Positions 19,411 to 31,435 of a stretch of DNA of 38,455 bases are shown here, one piece after another. The notes under the pieces are model-generated. The model had not been told where the DNA came from. It ran no database searches and worked only from the letters and a program-made list of their open reading frames with translations. How positions within the stretch are numbered: position 1 is the stretch's first letter; each line of letters opens with the position of its first letter. The DNA lies in contig JYFJ02003731.1 of NCBI GenBank assembly GCA_000934665.2, positions 1-38,455 on the forward strand, written 5' to 3'. The stretch comes from Catajapyx aquilonaris. Taxonomy: Eukaryota. The translations under genes and the position numbers were made by a program.

Positions 19411-22120
19411 CGAAAACATCAGGATCAGGTGCAGTACTTTCTTGCTAGTAAATTATTGTGGGCCTGTAATTAACACATAGTTACCGTCATATATTCCAAA
19501 GTGGATTCTGTGATAAATATCATTTTTGAATTTATTTTGTAGTCATTACATGATGATTGCATGGGACCCCTGTCATGTGTGCTCCAAGAATGTGCCTTGA
19601 AACGTGTTTGTCACCAACATTATAGAGTGTGTTTCGTAATTTAGCTCACACTTGTATCAAATACACACACACGTACTGTTTGTGCATTTGATTCTTCTGA
19701 TATAATAATAATAATTTGGCAGGCTGTACGGACCTGACCTGACATTTGAATCAACAAGACGTGAGCTAAATGACGATTATTATGTATTTATAATTATGCA
19801 TTATTATGTACATATAAGTATAAAACCTGTAAATGCAATGCATTATGCAACCTTCATCAGCATAAGAATCACAGAAACTGACATGCTCCCTTTTTAGTTA
19901 TCGACATCATATTGAATTGCTGAAAAAAATATCGCTTATGTCACATGTGGACAAAATAAATTTTATGACAGTACGGAGAGGAACCAAAAAAAAATGCGCG
20001 AAAAAGTACTTTGTTTTTTGAAGATGGGCAGCTGGTAAGAATAAAAGTCACTTTGTGCAACATAAAACATGATGTGTATTGTTCCTATTTTTTTTTCCTT
20101 ATGCCTCTTCGTAGGGTATTAACGTCACAATCTTTTATGGCTCGGGTGTTTGAAGAGCCACTTTTTGTTCTAAGTTAAGAGTTGGCCAGATTCGTACCCT
20201 GTTTCTTTTTTACGTGAGCTGCATTGTACCGGAATTCAATGCCAGCTTGTCAAAATATGAATGTTGGAAACGGTGTGATTGAAATGCTTTAGTTACCAGC
20301 CGATACCAGCACCTTTTCCTGTATAATAAAGTGCACAATGTGCTTAATTTTGTGCAGTGGCACAGTCCAGCAGGACAATGGATTCAATCAAACTTGGCTG
20401 GAATCTGACGGGAGCACACTGATTCAAAACCCAGCTCTTTTCATGCCCACGATTAAAAGAAACTTGATCTTAGTCTCTTTCAGGTGTGTCACACAAAACC
20501 GACGTGGGTTGTGCTACTTCATCGGCCGTTAGGAATTATGGAAAACTTTTCGTTCCAGCCCCCCATGTCACGACCTCCTCATGTGTGCAAGCAATGTCAA
20601 GTCTTACGCGACAAGTACTTCGGTTAACCATTTCCTGCGCTTTGTCACTGCTTGATAGCCAGAAGAATAGCCGTCTCCATTCAGTTCCATTCATCATCCA
20701 AAAGCCTCTCACAATCACTCTTTATGGCTGTGTATGAGTGTGTGTATCCTTGCCTCAGTGCATGTCTGGTGTGCCTGCAGTAGCGGTGTGGAAATGCAAC
20801 CAGCTCCACTTTGACGCTGGTTTCTATTAGGTGAGTGTCTTATGCTCCGACCTTGATCTTGACAGTTCAGCATTTTTTATTCCGCGGCCCGCTTTGCAAT
20901 GTCTCTGCCGTGCATTATGCAACGGCAATTATGCAAACAGCTCATGAATGATGCATGGTCCTAGGCCGTCAATCACAAAATAATAATGTATAAGACCGGA
21001 ATCAACCAAGATGGTCAAGGTTGTGAATTTAATTCTCGCAGTGTGCGCACCAAGTGTTATAATTATTGCCTCAATTTCAAACACTTGCTATCTGTTGGGC
21101 CCAATCAATATTCATTGTGCGGCTTGCAGGTAACAGGTGTCAGCCATGTTCCTCATACGTATGACCTTCACCTTGCTAAAAAAATTATTAACCTCCGGCA
21201 CAACCCGTAACTGTCCAGTCTTTGCCAGCAAAAGCGTCATTGATGTTATCTTGTTATTGTTGGTCAAGAGAGCCACACAATAGGTACGCACTGTTTACTG
21301 ACCTCTGTTAAACACACATTCAAGGAGGAAGGGGGCAGTTGGTGTGGACCTGTGGGTGGTGGTGGTGGTGGGGGGATATGTTTTATCAGCCCCACACGTC
21401 CCCAACCCAGTCTGGGATTCAGTCACAGACGTTCATTGCCTCTCTGTAGGCAAAAACCAAACACCTTAAAAACACCTTAAAGTAAGTAACCCGCATTAAC
21501 ATGCAATCCGCATAATGTTAACATATGAGGTCCAACTTAACCAGGTCTATTGCAAGACTATTTTAAAGATTTTATGATCAGATAGTTACCATGGAGGATG
21601 ACTGATAGCAATAGGGTAACCATTGCACTTTTTTTTGGGGAGGGGACCTGTTCCAAGTTGATATTGCAATTTTTTTTTCTCTCATTGCAGGTAGTACCCC
21701 CCATTTGTAGGAGTCAAATTGCGCACCTGAATCACGTGTGAGAGAATGATTTATGCAGGTGAGATTTGCATGGTGACGTCAGGTAGTGTGTGCCCTGGTA
21801 AAAATGTGGGTGCTGCACCAAACGTGGTGTCAGTCTGGTGAAGTGCACGGGGTGAGTTGCTTCATACACAGTACAGTAACTTTTGCCAAACAAAATAATT
21901 CGCGAATCTGTCGGTCGGTACCTTCAAAAAATGTATCGAAACAAGTTCGCTCCGGTGGTTCGACTTGCCCTCAATTCAATCCGGTATTGTTTGGCCTCAC
22001 ATAAAGTGGATATGTCCGTCCGCATGTGACGCTTACAGTAGTTGTCAAGCTGTGCAAAAACAGTGTGACAAAAAATTTTGCGAGCGGTTTTGTAGTTATT
22101 ATTTTCAAATAGTGTGAGAT

Positions 22121-22870
22121 AGTGCAAGTGGTTGGATTCAGCAAAAATGAAAGTGCGAATTTTAGGGTGTTAAAATATTATGGATTCACTACAATTTGGT
22201 GTATGGCTGTTGACAACAATTATTTCTACAACACTGTTTGGGTGCATCTGTGTCGTAAATTGTATGCGAATTTTCTGGATTCGCAAACGTAGATGTTTAC
22301 ACCAATATTTGTCGTAAACTGTCGTAAAACAATCGTAAACTACTTTTTTGCATGTAGTTAAACTGTGCGAGATTATTATTATTATTTTTTTTGCATTCGC
22401 AATTTGGTGAATCTGTTTACGACTATTTATGTCGTATTTCCACAACTGTCGTAAGGAAATCGTCAATTACGAGTACTCATATACTGTAGTTAAATTATAC
22501 GTTAATTTTCTGGATTCGCACAAATTTGGTCTAGCTACTTATTACGACTATTTTTGTCTTATTTTTACAACTGTCATAAAACAATCGTAACTAAATTATT
22601 GTGCGCTAATTTTCTGGATTCGCAATTTGGTGTAGCTATACTTACGACAATTTTTGTCATATTTCTGCAACTGTCATAAACCACTTTTTAGTGTCGTAAA
22701 TTGTTGGCTTTTTTTTCTTTACAACAAAACATAATTATTTTTGGCCCCAACCATGCACTAATAAAATAATGATCATAAATAGTTACACCTCGTTGCGAAT
22801 CCAGCTCGATAGGCTCAAAAATACTCTAAAAAATTGCGATTTTTTTTTTTAGCTGAATCCATCCCGCACT
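22121..22870. mobile_element. About 750-bp non-autonomous TIR element with internal repeats of about 110-120 bp
   Basis: The left end AGTGCAAGTGGTTGGATTCAGCAAAAA...GCGAATTTTAGGG resembles the reverse complement of the right end (AGTGCGGGATGGATTCAGCTAAAAA...GCAATTTTTTAGAG). Internal recurring TTTTCTGGATTCGCA, TTACGACTATTT and AACTGTCGTAAA. Confidence 0.55.
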
Positions 22871-23189
22871 TTTCCCTTATCGTTCTTTGTAATAACCTTG
22901 TGATTTGTCATATCTACATTAATGATCTTTGGCGGTCTCGATCCGGGCATAGGACACCAAGTATCAGTTCATTGTGAGCGTTTCAAGGGTATAGTACAGA
23001 GGGAAAAAAGATTGGTTATTTTTCTGAAGGAAAGACAAAAAGGACGTACGAGTCATGTTTCAGGTAATTGCGAAACAGAGCAATGAACTCGATATCTCTC
23101 TTAGTATTAATGTTTTAAAAAAATTGCGTGAATTTTGTGATAGGCTACATGTCATTGAAATGTTATTAGCACAGATATGCCTGAATAAT

Positions 23190-23366
23190 TGTTATATTTT
23201 TAAATACGGTTTTTGAGCAAATGAACTTACATAATTTTAGTCATTATGTGAGTTCATTAGCTCAAAAATATTATAATTTAGCAATTAATGTAGTCGTTAT
23301 GTGAGTTCATTGTTATATTTTTAAATATTGTTTTTGAGCAAATGAAGCTATTTAGTCATTATGTCA
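23190..23366. repeat. AT-rich imperfect direct repeat (about 120-bp spacing)
   Basis: GTTATATTTTTAAATA..GTTTTTGAGCAAATGAA at about 23191 and 23312; TTATGTGAGTTCATT occurs twice. Confidence 0.6.
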
Positions 23367-24410
23367 GAATAATAATTTCTTAAATTTAACAATTAATTAA
23401 TGTGGGCATAACAAAGAGTAGGCTACGTTGTAGCGTTGCAGATACAACCTACGACACTTCCATCACCTTTGATATACTTGTTTCAACTTGACTTATAGTG
23501 TACAGCACATGCTGTGTCGTCATGTGATGTAACACATACCGGTACTATCAGTAATTACAAAGACAAGCACATGCTTGTTGACACAGGTCATGTGTCATCA
23601 GATTCAGAATAAGTTCCTGTTCACATATGACGTGCGAAACTCCGCAAATTTTTTTTATGCATGATCCAGTGGGGGAGAAACGATACAATGCAAATGTGTA
23701 TCGAAGAATATAATGAGAGTTGTGACGTCAGGTCATACCGGATCGCTCATACCTGTTGTGTGTTCAGTCAAGGTTGATACAGGAACACAGCAGGTGCAGG
23801 TTCGGAAGTACTAATATACTGTACGGCGAATATTCAGCGTAGAAATCGGCGTTAAAATATTTTTCCGCCGAACTTTTTGCAAGTGACGTAACTCCGACAA
23901 TGTTAAATTTAGTCACTCGCATTGCTTTGAAAGGTGTGCCAAGGTTGGTACGAAAACGGGTTCAGTACGACTTGCGAATATTCGGCGAACGGGTCATGTA
24001 GTATAGTGCGTATACCGGCATACCGTGTCACGTAAGTTTTATCCATCTGAACAGTACGTGCAAGTGCATTGTTTTTGAGTGATGAGAAGTTATATCACTT
24101 TGAGGTTAAGCGTGGACAGGATAGAACGTCAGGTCTTGTCTCGTGACGTAACGGTGCAGTAACTGATCGCCCAAATTACGTAACGTTCCGTGTAAACAAC
24201 GTTGTCTGCAAGACGTTTTGCGACTAGACGTAACGGCGGTGTACACAGCATATTATATGGTGACGCGCAGTTGTTCACTTCAGAAACCAGCTTAAACAAA
24301 AAGCAACAATCGGTCGTACAGTGAAATTGGCGACACTGTCAGATAGCAGACCGGTACCGGTACCGGCTCGGTTTCAAGGGTACACCAACTCATTGTGGTT
24401 CAGGTCCGGT

Positions 24411-24518
24411 GGTATCACACCAATTCGCCCGATGCACATTCGCACGATGAAAACTCGCTCGACGAGACGTTCGTCGTTCGTCGGGCGAATATGCATCGGG
24501 CGAACTATGACGGTACCA
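24411..24518. mobile_element. Short hairpin MITE-like element
   Basis: TTCGCCCGATGCACATTCGCACGATGAA (from 24424) pairs with TTCGTCGGGCGAATATGCATCGGGCGAA (to 24504) at 25/28; GGTA...TACC termini. Confidence 0.55.
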
Positions 24519-24614
24519 GTTCAAGTAAGGGTGTCTTCAACTACTATACTGTTATCTTCCACAGTCGGTAACCGGAGAATGGGTTGAAGTGTCAGCAGCT
24601 TCAACCAGCCAGAG

Positions 24615-27600
24615 ATGACCTTGTCGCTGTCGATGAAGACCAGCGAGAAGCCGGAAGAGAGCCTGGAGCTGATGGAGAGAGCATTGGGCGACATGGGTGA
24701 CGCTCAGACGACGACGCCGGTGGCCAACAACAAGATGAGCGACACGACCATACCAAACGGCGAGTCCTCCCAGCTTCTCCTGCTGAAGAGCGACGGAAGC
24801 AGCAACAGCAGCAACAACAGCGACGGAAACAACGGTTTGATTCGAGACGAGGAGGAGTTGAACGGAGGAATCATCATACACTGCCGACCCATGGACTGTC
24901 CGAAAGAGACATTCTTTTCCATATTGCTCCAGGTCTTCATCCCTTTCTTTGTCGCCGGATGGGGTATGGTCGGAGCTGGACTGGTGCTGGACCTGGTCAG
25001 GGTGAGTTGTTGTTGGTCTATTGGTGACTGTAGTTCAAGGTATGGGTTAAAAACCTTGCTTGAGAGACAGCTGGCAACCTTGGACGCTCAAAGACATCCA
25101 TCAGCCAATGAGGAGCCTCAATTCATCTCTCTAGCCAATGAGAATCTTCTATTCATATCTGCAGCCAATGAGAAGCATCAGTTCATATCGGTAGCCAATG
25201 AGAAGCTTCAATTCATCTCTCTAGCCAATGAGAAGCTTCAATTCATCTCTCTAGCCAATGAGAAGCTTCAACTCATCTCTCTAGCCAATGAGAATCCTCT
25301 ATTCATATCTGCAGCCAATGAGAAGCCTCAGTTCATCCCTGCAGCCGATGAGAAGCTTCAATTCATATTTGTAGCCAATCAGAAGCCTCAGTTCCCAGCA
25401 GCTCGGACAAACAAACGGAAAGACAGCCGATTATATATGTATGAGCAGAGGAAATTATTGCAGGCGGCAGGAAGCTTCATTCATCCGAACAGGTCGCCAG
25501 CGTCATCCGGTGGCATATATACTGGAACATCGTAGCAAAAAAATCATGAATTTATTGGGTTTAGGCTCAAAAAAGTGTGGTTTTCGGACTTTGACCTCAA
25601 TCAGGGATGGATCGGATATCAATATGTCAAGTTTCAGCTTTCTCAGTAGACTGAAAGTGGGTTAGGTATCCAGAACAAACATACAAACTGTCCCTTTTAT
25701 AATATAAACAGAGATGTCGAGACGGGGGTGCCAATGTTTCAAGCAAGGTCTTTAACTATCCCGCATGGTCACTAAGTAAAAGGGGTCACGACCCCGTGCC
25801 CTAGCTGCTATGTCAAATAAGATTGGATTATAAGAGTGAATTTTTTGGTCAGAGGTGGCGGGCTTTCGAGGAGATCCCCATGGTCTTCATACTGGTTCCG
25901 GCCCTCCTGGGACTCAAGGGCAACCTGGAGATGACCCTGGCCTCCAGGCTGTCCACTCAGGCCAATCTGGGCAACATGGACACTTACAGAGAGCAGAAGA
26001 GCATGGCCCTGGGTAACCTCTCGCTCATTCAGGTGAGAGCCATACGTACCTGCTGAGGTCACTAAGCAACCTTTGGTAAAGGGTTTAAAAGTGGTTGTAA
26101 GTAACCTTTGGTAAAGGGTTTAAAAGTGGTTGTAAGTAACCTTTGGTAAAGGGTTTAAAAGTTGTAAGTAACCTTAAGTAGATGGTTTAAAGGTGGTTGT
26201 AAGTAACTTTTAGTATAGGTTTTTAAAGTTGTAAGTAGCCTTTAGTAGTGGTTTTAAAAGCGGTTGTAAGTAACCTTTAGTAGAGGGTTTAAAAGTGGTT
26301 GTAAGTAACCTTTAGTAGTGGTTTTAAAAGTGGTTGTAAGTAACCTTTAGTAGAGGGTTTAAAAGTGGTTGTAAAGTAACCTGTAGTAGAAGGTCTAAAA
26401 GTGGTTGTACCAATGGTAATATCTACAGTAAAGTTTTAGAGGTAACCTCTAGCTTTGCCTTCATCTTCCTAACTATTGTTAACCTTCACTTATAGATAAT
26501 CTAATTCCTGAGTTAGGGTAGAGTGTGTTATACCTTGCAACGTAAAAGGTAAATGACTGGTGTTGTGTGTCAGCTGACCACACACACCAGGAGAGGTTAT
26601 CGGTGGCAACGGATTGCCCTTGAGGAGGATACAGCCCGAATGTTTATGAATGCAAACGAAGCAATAATGAAGTCGCCCCTCCTCTTCCCTATAATGCAGT
26701 TACACACTCCAATTGCGGGGAGTGGATTGAAGCCAATTGAAATATGGAAGCTTACGGGGACGTGCCCGGTGCATTTTGCGCCTCTCTGTAATAAACCTGG
26801 CGGGGAGGGGGGAATGCTCATTATTTCTTTATGCAGGTTTGTGGATAAGAATTGGCCCAATTTGCACAAATTGGGACGTGTGATTAGGCTTATTGTATTA
26901 GTGAAAATTGCTGATTAGGATGATGCTAGACGATCTGTGCCATGGGGATGTACCCACCAAGATTATGTAGGCTATATATAATATTATTACAAACTCAAGT
27001 ATGTATAGTTCATTTGCCGGTGTAATAGTTTCTCGGTACCTATACTGGGTCATTGTTCGTCACCTGCTGTCAAAGTCTCACGTAATAATGGACAGGGGTC
27101 GTTACACCGTGGGATGTCATAAACAGGATTTTGTTACAGGAGTGTTTTTTTTCGGATAATAAAAGAGCGATAATTTCGCGATAAAAGTGCATGCACAGAA
27201 CCAGAGTGCAGCAGCTGACGTTATCGAATACTGATCACAATATTGCGCAGACATTTTGCTTAAAACTTATGGAGAAAAAATGTTGCAGTGTGATTTTTTT
27301 AGCGGTTATAAAATATTAGCTACTGTTAGGTTTCTGATTTAGCCTTTTTTAAACGTCTGTAATGAAATAATCTACTCTGCAAAAATTGAGTGAAGTGTGA
27401 TGCAATTTTGACTAATAGCAACTGTTGGAAAAAAAAGTCTTAAAATAGACATCAAAAAAATGAGGCCAAAAATTCACTGCCAGACTTTGACTACAATGGA
27501 TTTCTTAACTTTATGTTAATATCTTATTGTATTTTCAGTGCCAGGCCATTGTTGTGGGATTTCTTGGCTCTGTAGCAGCAGCTGTGCTCAACTACTTCAG

Positions 27601-30083
27601 ACACGGTGTCTTCAATCTTCAAAACTACCTCTGCGTGTGTGCAGCCAGCATAACGACAGCTTCCTTAGCCAGCTTCATCCTGGGTTAGTGCACCTTTAAC
27701 AATAAAGGGCGTCAAATAGTTTTGATCATTGTTATCTGGTGCTTCAGGAGGTGACACATTGATTGCACTTGTAAAAAAATAATTTTAAGTCGACTTTGAT
27801 GGTATAAAGTTCATGTTGATGAGCTCAAGGTGTTAAGATAGGGGTTGTGTTTGTTTAATTGATCACAGCAGGTAATCTATTGTTCCAAGTTGAATGCCAG
27901 CAAATGTGAACTTAATGCCCGCTGCTCTCTTAATCTCTAGTTTAAATATATGCGCAATTGGTAATAATAAGTAGAGCTAATAAATGATGATTTTTTTGAC
28001 AGGTTTGGTGATGCTTGTGGTGGTGATACTCTCCAGAAGATGTAGCATAAATCCAGACAACATTGCAACACCCATCGCTGCCAGCCTTGGAGATGTCACC
28101 ACACTGTCACTATTGGCTGGGACCATCACGTGGTTTTATAACAGTCTAGGTAAATAAATAGTTATGTACAAGAGAAAAGGTGAGCACAGGGCGTACCAAC
28201 TAAAATGTCCAATGAAGTTATCAGAAGAAAGTATCACAGAAACTTGGACCATTGTAACTTGACATAATAATGTGAAATCTGTTGTATGCATAAAATCAGA
28301 ATGGCCCATAATTTGCTGCCAATATTCAATATGTTCCTAACAGCTCAATGCTGGGTTAATACATATAGCAGTGTCTTCATTGTGAGGGATGTCCTTGCAG
28401 GGAATTAAATGTATGTAAATATTTTATGCACACTGACATATGGGCATGTAGAAATTTAAAATGGAAAATATTTCAAAAAAATGTTGCTATCGTAGGCTAC
28501 AGATGCTTTTTCCCCGTACAGTGTGAGTCTAAGTGCCTCATACATTTTTGCAGATCATTACAGCTGGGTGGCTCCAGTCATAATCACTGCGTACTTCCTC
28601 CTGACTCCCATCTGGGCCTACCTGGCCAAGAGGAACAAGTACACCTGTAAAGTAATCTACAATGGATGGATCCCAGTGCTCTCTGCTATGCTGATTAGCA
28701 GGTAGGGCATACATTGGGCGGTCCAACAATGAAAAGGAAGGCTGCATAGAGAAATAATGCTTATTTTTCTGTCTCACTGTAAGCAAAAGTTGTAATACTC
28801 AAAGCTGCCTCCATTGATGTTGTGCCAAGAAAATAAATGGAGAATGTTTATTTTTTATTTTTCAAAATAGAAGTTGAAGCACAATATTCTTTTCTGGACA
28901 TAACAATTGGCTTCAAATAAGGTTTGAAATATCCTGACAGGTTTAAAATGCAGGTGCTTCCAAGCAATTTTAATCTAAATTGCGGTCATTAGGAACATCT
29001 GTAGATTACGTAATTGTATAATATGTGGTTCTTGATAACATGAGAATTATTTCGTAATTATTTACATTGAGGTTGTTTGTTAAAATAAAGGATTTAGATA
29101 AGTGATGTTACAGTTTCTCATTGTGAAGGTTAATATATTTTTTTGATAAGGACATTTAAAGATATGGGTCATGTCGAGTCATGTTGAGCTTATGTGCTCA
29201 TATAAAGGTCATGATTAATTTTTCCTTTTTTTTGAAGCTTGGGTGGTCTGATCCTCCACACGGTGGTGCACAAGTTCCATGGGATGGCAGTGTTTCAACC
29301 TGTCATTAACGGAGTGGGAGGCAACCTGGTAGCTGTCCAGGCTAGTCGCATCTCGACCGCTCTCCACAGGGACACCGAACCAGGGAAGCTTCCTCCAGGG
29401 ACTCCTAGAGGTGTCCCAACTCCATTCGCAGTGTTCCTTCAGAGAGGAGGTCATGCTATGACTGCCCGAGTCCTGATGCTGGTGGTGGTCCCAGGTCACC
29501 TCATATTCTCCTACGCCATCAGACACATCAGGAACGGACACATTTCACTCACACCAACCTTCCTGGCCGTCTACCTCATGGCTGCTCTTCTGCAGGTCAG
29601 GATGATGGACACTACAAGTCCTGAAATATTCGAGACATATTTTGGTCCAATTTTGTGAAGTCAGACAAGAATGTCACAACAATACCCATAGTCCAATTGG
29701 ATAAGTGTTTGAGAAAAGGAGACAAAAGCAATGTTCAATCCCCAGAAAAAAATTTGAGTTATGGAAATTTAAGAGTTAGAGAACCTTTCATTCATTTGTG
29801 CTTCAAATTTAAATAATAATGTTTGTTGCACTTTAAGTTATCGCAATCTCTGTACTTCATATTAATAATATTTGGCTCATTTACAATATTTCAGGTGGGA
29901 ATACTCCTGTACGTTGCACAAGTGATGATTCAGTGCATGTGGAGTCAACGAATCGACCCTGACAACTCAGCCATTCCTTACTTAACTTCCCTGGGTGACC
30001 TCCTGGGAACGGCGCTTCTGGCCCTCGCCTTCTACTTCCTTTATGTGGTTGGAGATATGGACATGAACACTTCGGGTGAATAG
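24615..30083 (+). CDS. SLC41A1: SLC41 family Mg2+ transporter, paralog 2; exons join(24615..25001,25853..26032,27539..27683,28003..28149,28554..28701,29238..29595,29895..30083), about 517 aa
   Basis: [98 protein letters not shown]. Exon sizes 145/147/148 are identical to paralog 1. In-frame stop upstream at 24585-24587. All introns GT-AG; 1554 nt with no disablements. Confidence 0.92.
25101..25400. repeat. 30-bp minisatellite x10, each unit carrying a CCAAT box (AGCCAATGAGAAGCTTCAATTCATCTCTCT)
   Basis: Units start every 30 bp from 25101 to 25371; one unit has GCCGATG. Lies in intron 1 of SLC41 paralog 2. Confidence 0.95.
26064..26409. repeat. 35-bp minisatellite x10 (AAGTAACCTTTGGTAAAGGGTTTAAAAGTGGTTGT)
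   Basis: Units at 26064, 26099, 26134, 26166, 26201, 26233, 26268, 26303, 26338, 26373; two are 32-bp variants. Confidence 0.95.
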
Positions 30084-31435
30084 GAACCAATCTAGTGCAT
30101 CACACAAGCAGAGTGACACTGTCATAAAAAGACACCAAAAAATTACAAATATGAGCCAAAGTGTTGTGAGTCGTCAGGCCGGACCTGGCGTACCAGACAC
30201 AAAAAAATACCCCACTCCTTCAGGTCTACCATAAATGTCTGGACCTGCCCAAAAAAAATATAGAATTTATAGACTGCGCGACGAAAACGTTTGTAACGCT
30301 TAAAAGTCCCTTCTAAAGTAAAACAGCGCCAAAGAACTTTTGTGTAGTAGCGCACATGAATTCATATAATGTATATTTTTAGAAAGCCAATGAAGAAAGA
30401 AGGTTTTGGGGGAGCCAATGGTGCAGACAATTTTGTTAGAGTGTCGGCTATGAGTTTTTCCAAGACTTGTGTAAATTAATAATTTTGCTCTCGTTCAAAG
30501 AGCTGTATGGGGGAGCCAATATTATATTTTTATCCCGCTGCTGAGGAAGGGAGCCAGAGGAAAAAGAAGGCAAGTGAGGACATGTAATGACATTCCTTGT
30601 TTTGTATTTAAAAAATAACGAAAGAAAAAGACAACAGCTTGTGCAAGTGGATTTACTTGACACCAAAATATAGAAATTAATGTCTCCGATCTTTCTCTCT
30701 CTTTTTTTATTTATCCTAAGCGTTGGTGCAACTGTTGTGTTTTTAGGAATATCCTGATGCACCGCAACAAGCATGGCAACATGGTAGCTGCATAAATGTC
30801 AGGATAAAAAAAAAGTTGCGCGAAGAGACGCCGTGATTAGCAGAGACAACACTGATTTCACAGGAAAAGCAAACACCCCGAGATTAATTATTACTGATAT
30901 TACACTGCATGCCTCTGTAATTAACGTACCGGAGTAGGCTATACACTGTTCATGAAGAAGCACATTAACTAAACAATTAGGACAACAACACATCATTTAC
31001 TTTCTGCTTGCGAATATTAATCTCTGAAACACTATCTGTACACTATAGAATGAGCCGTCGTTTAATACGCTGACTTAGATAAAATGCACCTGCTCTGCAA
31101 TCTAACACACACTGACGGAATGATACGCAAGTGTATACGTTGTATGAAGGATGAGTGTATGTTACGGCCTACAATGTAAGCCTTAGATAATAATCACTCG
31201 ATTGCACTGCTATAATGGCACACAAACCTCTCCAACGAATTACTCCAAATTCCACATTCCAATGAATTGTTCGTCCAAATTGTTTAAAATACATTTTCTC
31301 TCAAGAATCTTATTGTCATGACTGTTCATACCGTTTACTCAGTCTTTTTCTCCTTCTTTCCGTCTTGGGACATGTGTATTTATTCTAGCATTTTGTAGCA
31401 CAACTTTTTCATATATAGTTTTTAGCGGTTTTTAG

